A stretch of DNA of 64,000 bases from Desulfovibrio sp. Its GTDB lineage: Bacteria > Desulfobacterota > Desulfovibrionia > Desulfovibrionales > Desulfovibrionaceae. The notes below the pieces were generated by a model, which worked only from the letters and a program-made list of their open reading frames with translations, made no database searches and was not told the origin of the DNA. Of the stretch, positions 29,505 through 39,551 are shown piece after piece. The position numbers and the translations under genes were made by a program. Each line of letters begins with the position of its first letter. The first letter of the stretch is position 1. Location: positions 6,647-70,646 of the forward strand of contig JBFWMD010000009.1 in assembly GCA_050251775.1 (NCBI GenBank), given 5' to 3'.

Positions 29505-30032
29505 CTATTCCGCTCCTTCCGTGGCGTACCCAGCGCCCTTCCAGGCAAAAATGCCACCGGGGTAACGCTTGACGTTTTTGTAACCCATCTTCACGGCCCA
29601 GGCAGCGCCGTTGTGGCTGCGGGTGCATTTCACAAAGCCGCAATAGACCACAATGAGCTTGTCCTTGTCCGGTCCGAGCAGGGCTTCGTAGTCCGCCTGC
29701 GTCTTGCCGCCGGTCTCCTCGGCGTTCCATTCGTTCATGTCCGGAATGGGGAACAGGAACTGCACCGCGCCGGGCACGTGGGATTTCTTGTAGCTGTCCT
29801 CAAAGGGCATGGTATCCACCACGAGCATGTCTTCGCCCTTGTCCATCAAAGCCTTGAGTTCCTCGGTGCTGATCAGGTCGTAGCCGCCGCGTTGGACTTC
29901 GCGCACCAGCTTGACGGCTTCGGTTTCCTTTTCCACTTCCTGTTTGAACTTGTCCGCACCGCCGCAACCGGCCAGCGCCAATCCGAGCAGCACCACGACC
30001 GACAGGGCTGCCGCAAACATGACCTTACGCAT
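29505..30032 (-). CDS. rhodanese-domain lipoprotein
   Basis: Internal Met follows GGAGGGAG. Lipobox LALAGC. Active-site loop VVYCGFVKCTRS. Confidence 0.8.
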   Translation of the reverse strand: MRKVMFAAALSVVVLLGLALAGCGGADKFKQEVEKETEAVKLVREVQRGGYDLISTEELKALMDKGEDMLVVDTMPFEDSYKKSHVPGAVQFLFPIPDMNEWNAEETGGKTQADYEALLGPDKDKLIVVYCGFVKCTRSHNGAAWAVKMGYKNVKRYPGGIFAWKGAGYATEGAE

Positions 30033-30549
30033 CCGTTCTCCCTCCAGGAATCGGTTCCGCCCCTGATCGCAACAGGGGCAACGGGCGCGGGCCTCGACCC
30101 GTCGCCTTCCTCCATACATATATATAGCCGCACACAAGCAAGAGCAGGCAGTCGCGCAGCAGCGCGCTCCAAAGTCCGTGGTAGGCTTCGCCCTCGGGGT
30201 CGCCCGGCCCGTAGCAGCCGCAGTCCACATCCAGGCCGAGCCGGATGCCGTGCCCCAGCACAAGAATGAACAGCAGCAGCAGCCCGACGTAGAGTGACAG
30301 CGCGCCCCGATAGTTCAAAAGCAATCCCAGGGCCGCCAGCACTTCCAGCGCGGGCAGGGCCACGGCCAGCGGCAGCAGCGCCGCTTGCGGAGCCAGGCCG
30401 TAACCGCCGATGACTCTGGCGAACCCTTCGGGATCACCAAGCTTGCCTACCGCAGCGTACAAAAACACACCGGCAAGGCAGACACGCACCCCAATCTCCA
30501 GCCAGGGGTGCAGATGCGCGCCCATGATCAGGCTATTTCTCATCCTCAC
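30025..30549 (-). CDS. MauE/DoxX family membrane redox protein
   Basis: Four TM helices and a CGCYG motif (LDVDCGCYGPG) typical of MauE-like proteins. Its 3' end overlaps the rhodanese start by 8 nt. Confidence 0.7.
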   Translation of the reverse strand: MRMRNSLIMGAHLHPWLEIGVRVCLAGVFLYAAVGKLGDPEGFARVIGGYGLAPQAALLPLAVALPALEVLAALGLLLNYRGALSLYVGLLLLFILVLGHGIRLGLDVDCGCYGPGDPEGEAYHGLWSALLRDCLLLLVCGYIYVWRKATGRGPRPLPLLRSGAEPIPGGRTDA

Positions 30550-30706
30550 TTTCTACGCCGCCGCGCGGCAGCCGACAAATCGCTTGTTCCGATATTCGGC
30601 GGCCTGCCGCATAGCTCATGACTATGTATGAAACCGCTCCCCTTGTATCCAGGTGCGGATTCGGTTACGACGGTTGCAGTATCCCAACGACCCGAGCGGA
30701 GCGCGC

Positions 30707-31384
30707 GTGACCACCAAGAAACTCCTTTCCGTGGCGGAAATTTCCCGGCAGCTCGATGTGCCGGAATCCACCGTGCATTACTGGAAGAACCGCTTCGCCC
30801 AGTACCTGCCGAGCGTGGGCCAGAACCGTCAGAAACGCTTCAAGCCCGAGGCCGTGGAGGTCTTTGCGGTCATCGCCCGAATGCTCAAGGAAGGGCACAC
30901 GGCCAAGGATGTCATGGACCATCTCGCCGCCACCTGCGCCATCACTCCCCAGGCGGCGGAATTTTCCGGTCAGGCGGATCAGATGCCCCTGGCCCAGGTT
31001 CCGGCGCTGAACGCCCTTGGCCCGGACCAGTTCATGCAAATCGCCCAGGCTGTGGGCCTGGAGATCGGCCGCTCTCTGAGCGAAGTGCTGCGCACGCTGC
31101 CCCTGGGACAGGGCTCGGGCCAGGCGGCTGGTGACGACGACCCGGGCAATGGCCGCCACGACCCCAATCAGACCGAGGAAGACATGCTCATGGTCCGCAC
31201 CGAGCTGGACCGCACCTGCGCCCTGGTCGAGGGCCAGCACGAGGAGTTGAGCGAATTGCGCCAGGAGAACGCGGTTCTGCGCCAGAAGCTGGAGGTCATG
31301 GAGGGCGAGCTGGTCCGCCTGCGCAAGGACAGACGCGAGCTGGAGAAGTATCTTCTTGACAAGATACGGAAAGTGACTACCTGA
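30707..31384 (+). CDS. MerR/excisionase-type HTH protein with C-terminal coiled coil
   Basis: ORF 30653..31384, GTG at 30707 preferred (VTTKKLLSVAEISRQLDVPESTVHYWKNRF). C-terminal heptad-rich ELSELRQENAVLRQKLEVMEGELVRLRK. Confidence 0.6.
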   Translation: MTTKKLLSVAEISRQLDVPESTVHYWKNRFAQYLPSVGQNRQKRFKPEAVEVFAVIARMLKEGHTAKDVMDHLAATCAITPQAAEFSGQADQMPLAQVPALNALGPDQFMQIAQAVGLEIGRSLSEVLRTLPLGQGSGQAAGDDDPGNGRHDPNQTEEDMLMVRTELDRTCALVEGQHEELSELRQENAVLRQKLEVMEGELVRLRKDRRELEKYLLDKIRKVTT

Positions 31385-31495
31385 CCCGCAGCCGCGGGTT
31401 TCCCTCTTTTCTCGTCCGCTGGGTCGCCCCGGCCCCCCACCATACCACTTCCGCGCCCGGCCCACCGGAGCGCCGATCAGCAAGGAGGCACGACA

Positions 31496-33421
31496 ATGGC
31501 AACCAAGGACACTTTCGAGTTCAAAGCCGAAATTCGGCAGCTCTTGGACATCCTGGTCCACTCGCTCTACACCAACAAGGAAATCTTCCTGCGCGAGCTG
31601 GTTTCCAACGCATCCGACGCCCTGGACAAATACCGCCATTCCACCGGCCACTCCGCCGAAGCTTCGGAGCAGGGACCAGACCTTGAAATCCGCATCCGCG
31701 CGGACAAGGACGCCAAGAGCCTGGTCATCGAAGACACGGGCGTGGGCATGACCCGCGACGAGATCATCGCCAACATCGGGACCATCGCCCACTCCGGCTC
31801 CGCCACCTTCATGCGTGAGCTGTCCGAGGCCAAGGACAAGAGCGAATCCGCCGTGGCCGATCTCATTGGCCGCTTTGGCGTGGGCTTCTATTCCGTGTAC
31901 ATGGTCGCGGACGAAGTCCGCCTGACCACCCGCTCCCACACGGGCGGCCCGGCCCTGACCTGGATCTCCGACGGCAAAGGCTCCTACGAAATCGAGGAAA
32001 CCGCCCAGCAGGACAACGCCCCCCAGCGCGGCACACGCATTGAAATCCGACTCAAGCCCGAACTGGCCGAGCAGTTCGCGGACCCGGCCACGCTCAAGCG
32101 GATCATCAAAACCCACTCCAACTTCGTGCGCTACCCCATCTTCGTGGACGACGAGCGCGTGAACACCGTGTCCGCACTCTGGCGCGAACCCAAATTCCAG
32201 ATCAAACCCGAGCAGTACAACGAATTCTACACCTTCCTGACCTATGACCAGGCCGAACCCCTGACCGTGGTCCACCAGTCCGTGGACGCGCCCGTGCAAT
32301 TCAACGCCCTGGTCTTCATCCCGGCCACGGGCCACGGCTTCCTGCCCCTGGAGCGCGACAACTGGGGCCTGGACCTCTACGTGCGCCGTGTGCTCATCCA
32401 GCGCCAGAACAAGGAGTTGCTCCCCGAGTACCTCAGTTTCGTCAAAGGCGTGGTGGACACCGAGGACCTGCCCCTGAACATCTCCCGCGAAACGCTCCAG
32501 GACAACCTGCTCCTCGGCAAGATCCGCTCCACCCTGACCAAGCACATCCTAGGAGAGCTCGAACGGCTGGCCAAGAACGACGAGACCAAATACTTCCAGT
32601 TCTGGGACGCCCACAGCGAAATCTTCAAGGCCGGCTACCAGGACTTCGGCAACCGCGACCGCTTCGCGGGCCTGGTGCGCTTCAACTCCTCCATCCACGA
32701 GGACAACCTGGAACTCACCGGTCTGGACAGCTACATTGAGCGGGCCAAGGAAGGCCAGAAGGAAATCTACTACCTCTACGGTCCCAGCCGCGAGGCCTGC
32801 AAACTCTCGCCCCATGCGGAAATCTTCCGCAAAAAAGGCGTCGAGGTCCTCTATCTCTATGAGCCCATTGACGAGTTCATCATGGACGCGGTGCGCGAAT
32901 ACAAGGCGTTCAAGCTCGTTTCCGCGGAACATGCGGACGCAACCAAGCTCGACCAATACGCGGACGTGGAAACCGAAGCCAAGGCCGAACGCCTGACCAC
33001 GGATCAGGAAGCCGCCCTGCCCGGCGTGCTCGGACGCATCAAGGACGCCCTGGGTGACCGCGTCACGGACGTGCGCGCTTCCAAGCGCCTCTCGGACAGC
33101 CCGGTCTGCCTGGTGAACCCGGACGGCCACGTGACCAGCTCCATGGACAAGATCATGCGCGTGATGACCAAGGACACCTCCATCCCGCAAAAGGCTCTGG
33201 AAGTGAACCCGGACCACGCCCTGGTGCGCAACCTGATCGAAATCTACAAGAAGGACCGCAAGGACCCCTTCATTGCCCAGGCCGCCGAGCAGCTCTACGA
33301 ATCCGCCCTGCTGCTCGAAGGCTACCTCAGCGACCCGCACGCCCTGGTGGGCCGCATCCAGACCCTGCTCACGGACGCCAGCGGCTGGTATGAGCAGAGC
33401 AAGGAAAAGGTCGAGGACTAG
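31496..33421 (+). CDS. htpG: molecular chaperone HtpG (Hsp90)
   Basis: FKAEIRQLLDILVHSLYTNKEIFLRELVSNASDALDK, GQFGVGFYS-like RFGVGFYS, 641 aa. Confidence 0.97.
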   Translation: MATKDTFEFKAEIRQLLDILVHSLYTNKEIFLRELVSNASDALDKYRHSTGHSAEASEQGPDLEIRIRADKDAKSLVIEDTGVGMTRDEIIANIGTIAHSGSATFMRELSEAKDKSESAVADLIGRFGVGFYSVYMVADEVRLTTRSHTGGPALTWISDGKGSYEIEETAQQDNAPQRGTRIEIRLKPELAEQFADPATLKRIIKTHSNFVRYPIFVDDERVNTVSALWREPKFQIKPEQYNEFYTFLTYDQAEPLTVVHQSVDAPVQFNALVFIPATGHGFLPLERDNWGLDLYVRRVLIQRQNKELLPEYLSFVKGVVDTEDLPLNISRETLQDNLLLGKIRSTLTKHILGELERLAKNDETKYFQFWDAHSEIFKAGYQDFGNRDRFAGLVRFNSSIHEDNLELTGLDSYIERAKEGQKEIYYLYGPSREACKLSPHAEIFRKKGVEVLYLYEPIDEFIMDAVREYKAFKLVSAEHADATKLDQYADVETEAKAERLTTDQEAALPGVLGRIKDALGDRVTDVRASKRLSDSPVCLVNPDGHVTSSMDKIMRVMTKDTSIPQKALEVNPDHALVRNLIEIYKKDRKDPFIAQAAEQLYESALLLEGYLSDPHALVGRIQTLLTDASGWYEQSKEKVED

Positions 33422-33490
33422 GGAACGCGATCAGGGGAAACCTTTCTGAAGAAAGGTTCTCCCCCCGCCCCCTTCCAAAGACGTTCCCCG

Positions 33491-33519
33491 GCGGCAGGCC
33501 CCAAGCCTGCCGCTTTTTT
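33491..33519 (+). terminator. rho-independent terminator of htpG
   Basis: Stem GCGGCAGGC / GCCTGCCGC, loop CCCAA, then TTTTTT. Confidence 0.85.
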
Positions 33520-33657
33520 GTGCCGTGTGATCAATGCGCTTGTGGAGGATCGCTGCTGTGCGCAGTCGAGAAATATCCGGAGCTGACGCCTGTTTTCCCT
33601 CATGTCTCTTTCAATCAACCGAACCAAAACCCCCTATTCAAAAGCAGTCCGCACGCG

Positions 33658-34473
33658 CTATTCCACCAGAACACTGTACTTCAGCGCATAGCAGTCCCCG
33701 GTTTCCTTAATGACATAGCTCATCATGTCGTAAACATATATATCGCTCTTTATGGTCATGCCGGCGGACACGATTTTTTCCAGCATTCCCGCAAGGGCCT
33801 GCCGATGCGTTTCTTCCGTTCCTTTATGAGCCAGGATGGCGCATCTCCCTTCAGGTTTGACGTGAAACCGGGAACGCGGAGTGGTGCGCCGCGCCCGGTG
33901 GAAGGAATAGCGCTCAAGGTGGTTGCCCCGGCGCACGTCATCCAGGCCGATAATAAAACCGAACGGAGAACGAGGCTTTTGCTCCTGCTTTTTATAGGCA
34001 TCGTTGAACTCGGCAAAACGCTGGACAAGGTCCCACCGTGATTCGGGCGAGGATATCCCGGAGGGCGTCACTTCCAGACGTTCTTCTTCCTGCTGCTCAA
34101 CGATCAATACGTCGTAGTCGAAATTCAGGGCTTCGCGCAGACACTCGGCCATGTCCCCGAGTACAAGCGTCCGCTGTCTCAGCCGGTTCAATTCCCTCTG
34201 GGCGACAGCCTGCTTCTCCTCCAGGAAGGACAAGAAACTCTCGCCATCCATCTGGCGTAAATGCGTTTTAATTTCTTTCAGCGAACTGCCAACATCCTTG
34301 AGCATCGAGAGCAGTTCAAACTCAAAATACTGCTCTATCTCGTAATGCCGATAGCCGTTTTCAGAAACGTGCTTTGGTTTCAGCAGCCCTTCCTTGTCGT
34401 AAAACAGCAGCGTACCTTTTGCTGTTCCGCACAACATTGCGAACTCACCAGTCGTAAGTAAATGTTTTTTCAT
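33658..34473 (-). CDS. MerR family regulator with GyrI-like effector domain (BmrR/Mta type)
   Basis: Internal Met MKKHLLTTGEFAMLCGTAKGTLLFYDKEGLLKP, a coiled-coil linker, and a C-terminal ~150 aa effector-binding-like domain. GC is low. Confidence 0.85.
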   Translation of the reverse strand: MKKHLLTTGEFAMLCGTAKGTLLFYDKEGLLKPKHVSENGYRHYEIEQYFEFELLSMLKDVGSSLKEIKTHLRQMDGESFLSFLEEKQAVAQRELNRLRQRTLVLGDMAECLREALNFDYDVLIVEQQEEERLEVTPSGISSPESRWDLVQRFAEFNDAYKKQEQKPRSPFGFIIGLDDVRRGNHLERYSFHRARRTTPRSRFHVKPEGRCAILAHKGTEETHRQALAGMLEKIVSAGMTIKSDIYVYDMMSYVIKETGDCYALKYSVLVE

Positions 34474-34486
34474 GTTTATTTTTATG

Positions 34487-34517
34487 TTGACTCTAAAGTT
34501 ACTGTATACCTTACCCT
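34487..34517 (+). promoter_or_regulatory. candidate MerR-type promoter of the efflux operon (19-bp spacer)
   Basis: TTGACT (34487-34492), a 19-nt spacer, then TACCCT (34512-34517). The over-long spacer is the hallmark of MerR-activated promoters. It sits between the divergent regulator and the pump genes. Confidence 0.4.
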
Positions 34518-34582
34518 CGCACACAGTGAATAAAACAGCAAGCCGGCATTTGCCTGCGCCGGTCAATACAGAGGTGTCTCAA

Positions 34583-35824
34583 ATGGTTTGGGGTATCGGG
34601 AAGAAAAAAAGATGGCGGGTGCTCATACCGCTTTGTTGTATTTTGCTTGTGACGGGCTGCGACACAGCGGAGCAACCCAAGGACGCGCCTGGCGAGGTGC
34701 TGTATTCAGTGGTCCGCAAAGAAAAGCTTACTTTGACCAGCACGTTGCCCGGGCGGGTTTCCGCGCTTGTAACGGCGGAAGTCAGACCCCAGGTAGACGG
34801 CATCATCCTTGAGCGCCTGTTTGAGGAAGGCGCGGATGTGGAAAAAGGGCAGGTTTTGTACCGCATCGATCCTGGCGTCCACCAGGCCGCCTATGCCACG
34901 GCCAGGGCATCCCTTTTGGAGGCGCAAGCCAATGTGGAGGCTGTCGCCCTGCTGGAGAAACGCCAGAGGCTTTTGAGCTCCCAAAATGCCTTGAGCCGCC
35001 AAGAACTGGACAACACCATTTCCCAGCTCGGCCAGGCCCGTGCCCGTGTCGCCAGGGCTGAAGCCGAATTGAAAGCCGCCGCCATCAATCTTGCCTACAC
35101 GGAAATCAAAGCGCCGGTGTCAGGGCGTATCGGGGCTTCTTCCGTGACTGTCGGCACTCTGGTTACGGCAAATCAGCCCACCGTTCTTGCCGTCATCCAG
35201 CAGACGGATCGCGTCTATGTGGATATAACGCAATCCAGCACGGATACCATTCGATTGCGCCGCGCCATGGCCCAGGGCCGGTTGGCTCCCAACGGCAGCG
35301 CGGCCAAGGTTCGTCTTACCCTTGAAGACGGCTCGCCGTACACAGCGATAACACGGGAACAGACGGATGGAGAACCTGAATGGATATTTGGTGATCTGCT
35401 GTTTTCGGAAATATCCGTCGGGCAAAGCACGGGAAGCCTCATGCTGCGGGCCGTGTTCAACAACCCGGACAGACTGCTTTTGCCTGGAATGTACGTGAAG
35501 GCAATCATCGAGGAGGGCGCGGTAGAAAACGCGGTGCTGATTCCGCAAGGTGTTGCGTTTGCGAACAACACCGGCGGGCACTCTGTCTACGTTTTGCGCG
35601 GCGATGATGCCGGAGACGGACTTTTCCGGGTTGAGCGGAGAGACGTGCGGCTTGAACGCGCGTCCGGCAACCGTTGGTTGGTCGGTTCCGGCCTGAATAG
35701 CGGTGACATTCTGATTGTCGAGGGACTTCAGAAGGCCGCTTCCGGTGAACTTGTCAAAGGCGTTCCCGCGCGGAACGCCCCGGACGAAGCCGTGGCCATG
35801 GCTCCTGAAAGGAAGGAGCGGTAA
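34583..35824 (+). CDS. RND efflux periplasmic adaptor (membrane fusion protein)
   Basis: ATG at 34583 follows GAGGTG. Lipobox LLVTGC. Hallmark YTEIKAPVSGRIG. Confidence 0.9.
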   Translation: MVWGIGKKKRWRVLIPLCCILLVTGCDTAEQPKDAPGEVLYSVVRKEKLTLTSTLPGRVSALVTAEVRPQVDGIILERLFEEGADVEKGQVLYRIDPGVHQAAYATARASLLEAQANVEAVALLEKRQRLLSSQNALSRQELDNTISQLGQARARVARAEAELKAAAINLAYTEIKAPVSGRIGASSVTVGTLVTANQPTVLAVIQQTDRVYVDITQSSTDTIRLRRAMAQGRLAPNGSAAKVRLTLEDGSPYTAITREQTDGEPEWIFGDLLFSEISVGQSTGSLMLRAVFNNPDRLLLPGMYVKAIIEEGAVENAVLIPQGVAFANNTGGHSVYVLRGDDAGDGLFRVERRDVRLERASGNRWLVGSGLNSGDILIVEGLQKAASGELVKGVPARNAPDEAVAMAPERKER

Positions 35825-35827
35825 CTC

Positions 35828-38800
35828 GTGGCAGCGTTCTTCATCAATCGTCCTATTTTTGCCTGGGTTATCGCCATCGTCATCATGCTGGCCGGGGTGC
35901 TTGCCTTGGGCCGGCTTCCGGTGGCCCATTATCCGGACATAGCCCTGCCGCAGATATCTGTTTCCGCGCAGTATCCCGGCGCGTCCGCGCCCATCGTTGA
36001 CCGGAGCGTAACGCAGGTTATCGAGCAGCAACTCAAGGGACTGGACAACCTGCTACACATGGACTCCTCCAGTGGCTCTTCCAGCGGTTCGGAGATTAAT
36101 CTCACTTTCGCGGCCGGAACGGATATAGACACTGCACAGGTTCAGGTACAGAACAAGTTGCAGCAAGCCATGTCCCTGCTGCCTGAGGCGGTACAACGGC
36201 AAGGAGTTCAGGCATTCAAGGCCGTTGAGAACTCCTTCATGACCGTTGCTTTTTATGATGCGCATGACACGATGCGGTCCAGCGATATCAGTGACTTTGT
36301 GGCGAGTGCCCTCGTCGATCCCTTAAGCAGGATTCAGGGAGTGGGGTCCGTCACTCTCTATGGTTCTCAGAATGCAATGCGCATCTGGTGCGATCCTGAC
36401 AAAATGCGGCAGTACGGACTGAATCCCCAGGATGTTCTGACCGCTGTACGCGAACAAAACGCTCAGGTCGCAGGCGGACAGGTGGGTGAATCGCCAGCCG
36501 CACCCGGCCAGGAAATCAACATTGCCATCAACGCCTCATCCAGCCTGGAAACGGTGGAGGAGTTTGAGCAAATACTCCTGCGCGTGGAAGAGAACGGGTC
36601 CGCTCTGTTGCTCAAGGACGTAGCCCGCATCGAACTGAATGAAGAAAGCGCCACTGGCGGCACGTTCTTTAACGGCCACTCGGGAACTGGATTGGCGTTC
36701 AAGCTTTCCTCCGGGGCCAATGTCCTGGAAACCACCCAAGCCATCAAAGCTGAATTGAAAGCCCTTGCCGCCTTCTTCCCGCCGGGGCTCACTTTCGCCT
36801 ATGCCGACGACAAGGCTCCCATTGTGGAAAAATCCATACAAGCAGTGGTGCACACTCTTCTTGAGGCCATAGCCCTGGTCGTGGCGGTAATGTTTTTGTT
36901 TTTGCAAAGCTTCCGCGTCACACTCATTTCCGCCATCGCTGTTCCGGTCGTTCTGCTCGGCGTGTTCGCGGTGCTTGCTGTGGCCGGTTTTTCCATCAAC
37001 ACGCTGACCATGTTCGGGATGGTTCTGGCTATCGGTCTGTTGGTTGATGATGCCATTGTCGTGGTGGAAAACGTGGAGCGCCTGATGCGCGAGGAAAAGC
37101 TCTCCGCCAGGGAAGCCGCGCTTAAATCCATGCGCCAGATAACCGGGGCGCTTGTCGGTGTTGCCGTGGTTATTTCCGCCGTGTTTGTACCCATGGCCTT
37201 CATGCCTGGTTCAACCGGCGCTATTTTCAGACAATTTTCCATTACCATCGTTGCCTCCATGGTGCTTTCCGTTGTTGTCGCCATTGTGCTTACACCGGCC
37301 TTGTGCGCCACCATCCTGGCCGCAAAAGCGAACAGAGCGGATACAGGCTTGCTCGGCAGATTCAACCGGTGGTTCGACACGCTCACTGGACGGTACGCCA
37401 GCCAGGTGGGCGGCATAGTGAAACGGCCCAAAACGTGGGCGACCACCGTCGTATTGTTGGTCGCGATGTGCGCGGTGTTGTTCTTGCGCCTGCCGCATTC
37501 CTTTTTGCCCGACGAAGACCAGGGAATCTTGTATGTCGATGTGCAGCTCCCACCCGGCGCGTCACAGGAGCGCACAGAAAAAATAGTTAAAGAAATCGAC
37601 ACATATTTTCGTACCGAGGAAAAGAATGCCATCCAAAGCGTCATGTCGGTCGTCGGCTGGGGATTCAGCGGTTCCGGCCAGAATTCAGCCATGGTCCTTC
37701 CCTTGCTAAAGGATTGGAGCGAACGGGGCCGGGGGCAAAGCGCTTTTGATGTTATGGCGCGAGCCTCCTCCCGCTTCTCGTCCATCCACGGCGCTGAAAT
37801 CGTTGTTATGACGCCACCGGCGGCCATGGAACTCGGTACGTCCTCAGGCTTTGAAATGGAGCTGATGGATCGCGGCGGAAGCGGCCATGCGGCACTGCTC
37901 AAGGCCAAGGACGCCCTGTTGGAAGACGCCGCGAAACAGCCCTCCGTTTCCTACGCCCGCTATGGCGGAATGGATGACGCTGAGCAGTATGACCTCGTAA
38001 TCAACAATGGCAAGGCAGGCGCATACGGCCTTTCCAGAGGCGACATCAACAGCGCAATCAGTGCATACTGGGCGGGTGAGTATATCAACGACTTCTCGGA
38101 CCGGGGCAGAACGAAGAAGGTGTATTTCCAGGCAGAACCGTCGTTTCGGACCGGCGTGGACGACTTCAACCGGTTTTATCTGCGCAACGCCAAAGGTGAA
38201 ATGGTGCCGTTCACCAGCTTTCTTGCTGTGAAGTCCATTCTCGCCTCGCCCAGCCTGACGCGCTACCAAGGGATTCCATCCATGAAAATCGAAGGGGCCG
38301 CAGCTCAGGGGAAAAGCTCCGGGCAGGCGATGATGGAAATGGAAGAAAGTGCGGCCAAACTTCCTTCCGGCTTTGACTATGCATGGACGGGCCTTTCGTA
38401 CCAGCAGCGGATGGCCTCCAATCAGGCTCCACTCCTGTACGCCATTTCCATCATCGTCGTCTTTCTGAGCCTTGCGGCGTTGTACGAAAGCTGGACGATC
38501 CCGCTGGTGGTGCTCATGGCGGTTCCCACCGGTGTACTTGGGGCGTTGTGCGGTGTGTACATTCGCGGCATGAACAACGACATCTATTTCCAGATAGCTC
38601 TGCTCACCATCATCGGCCTTTCCGCCAAGAACTCCATCCTCATAGTGGAATTCGCGAGAGTTTTACATCATGGAGGAAAAGACCTGCTCACGGCCACCGT
38701 GGAAGCTTCACGTCTCCGCTTGCGGCCCGTGCTCATGACTTCGCTGTGCTTCATTCTCGGCGTTGTGCCTTTGGCTGTCAGCAGCGGAGCCGGTTCCGGT

Positions 38801-38926
38801 GCGCAAAACGCTCTTGGAACGGCGGTAATGGCGGGCATGATCACGGCAACGGGGCTCGGTGTTTACTACACACCGCTGTTTTTCGTTTTGGTGACGCGGT
38901 TTTTTGGTCGAAAAAACGAATCATGA
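35828..38926 (+). CDS. RND multidrug efflux permease (AcrB/HAE1 type)
   Basis: 1032 aa beginning FFINRPIFAWVIAIVIMLAG, with 12 TM helices and two large periplasmic loops. Confidence 0.95.
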   Translation: MAAFFINRPIFAWVIAIVIMLAGVLALGRLPVAHYPDIALPQISVSAQYPGASAPIVDRSVTQVIEQQLKGLDNLLHMDSSSGSSSGSEINLTFAAGTDIDTAQVQVQNKLQQAMSLLPEAVQRQGVQAFKAVENSFMTVAFYDAHDTMRSSDISDFVASALVDPLSRIQGVGSVTLYGSQNAMRIWCDPDKMRQYGLNPQDVLTAVREQNAQVAGGQVGESPAAPGQEINIAINASSSLETVEEFEQILLRVEENGSALLLKDVARIELNEESATGGTFFNGHSGTGLAFKLSSGANVLETTQAIKAELKALAAFFPPGLTFAYADDKAPIVEKSIQAVVHTLLEAIALVVAVMFLFLQSFRVTLISAIAVPVVLLGVFAVLAVAGFSINTLTMFGMVLAIGLLVDDAIVVVENVERLMREEKLSAREAALKSMRQITGALVGVAVVISAVFVPMAFMPGSTGAIFRQFSITIVASMVLSVVVAIVLTPALCATILAAKANRADTGLLGRFNRWFDTLTGRYASQVGGIVKRPKTWATTVVLLVAMCAVLFLRLPHSFLPDEDQGILYVDVQLPPGASQERTEKIVKEIDTYFRTEEKNAIQSVMSVVGWGFSGSGQNSAMVLPLLKDWSERGRGQSAFDVMARASSRFSSIHGAEIVVMTPPAAMELGTSSGFEMELMDRGGSGHAALLKAKDALLEDAAKQPSVSYARYGGMDDAEQYDLVINNGKAGAYGLSRGDINSAISAYWAGEYINDFSDRGRTKKVYFQAEPSFRTGVDDFNRFYLRNAKGEMVPFTSFLAVKSILASPSLTRYQGIPSMKIEGAAAQGKSSGQAMMEMEESAAKLPSGFDYAWTGLSYQQRMASNQAPLLYAISIIVVFLSLAALYESWTIPLVVLMAVPTGVLGALCGVYIRGMNNDIYFQIALLTIIGLSAKNSILIVEFARVLHHGGKDLLTATVEASRLRLRPVLMTSLCFILGVVPLAVSSGAGSGAQNALGTAVMAGMITATGLGVYYTPLFFVLVTRFFGRKNES

Positions 38927-39020
38927 ACAAGCCCCGGCCTCACCGTCGGTTTCCGGCACATATTGCGGAACGCAGCTCGCGGATGCGGAAAATAGATTGC
39001 CGGGATGGAGGATATCCATT

Positions 39021-39551
39021 GTGACAGGATTCGAAACGGAAAGGCTGCTTATACGAAACTTTGAGACCAAAGATGCTGAGGGGCTGTTTGCTTACCTTTC
39101 TCATCCTCGTGTGAATTGTTTCCTTATGGAACAAGTCAGTACGCTGGAGGAGGCCGCTGCCGATGTTGAGTGCAGAAGCAAGGAGGAATTGCGCTTTGCC
39201 GTTTGCTTGAAGGAAACGGACGTCATCATCGGAGAGGTGTTCGCCATTAAAGAAGAGCCAGACACCTATGGCGTGGGATGGATTCTCAACGAGCAGTACG
39301 AGGGAAAGGGATACGCAAGCGAAGCGGCAAGATGGTTCCTCGATTATCTGTTCACAAGCAGGAATGCAAGGCGGATTTATGCCTATGTGGAAGAGGATAA
39401 TGTCCGCTCGCAGAAACTCTGTAAGCGCCTCCATATGCGCCGGGAGGGACTTTTCCTCGAGTTCGTATCTTTTACAAACAATCCCGATGGCACTCCGAAA
39501 TACGAAAACACATTCGTCTATGCCATCTTGAAAAAGGAGTGGGAATTATGA
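39021..39551 (+). CDS. GNAT family N-acetyltransferase (RimJ/RimL-like)
   Basis: GTG at 39021 lies 7 nt after GGAGGA. Segments ETERLLIRNFE..., GVGWILNEQYEGKGYASEA. Confidence 0.8.
   Translation: MTGFETERLLIRNFETKDAEGLFAYLSHPRVNCFLMEQVSTLEEAAADVECRSKEELRFAVCLKETDVIIGEVFAIKEEPDTYGVGWILNEQYEGKGYASEAARWFLDYLFTSRNARRIYAYVEEDNVRSQKLCKRLHMRREGLFLEFVSFTNNPDGTPKYENTFVYAILKKEWEL

Noticed and set aside
30665-32545. 626-aa ORF on the minus strand
   Set aside because: It is a shadow ORF opposite the MerR-like gene and htpG, with low-complexity Gly/Ala/Val/His content. The htpG call on the plus strand is unambiguous.
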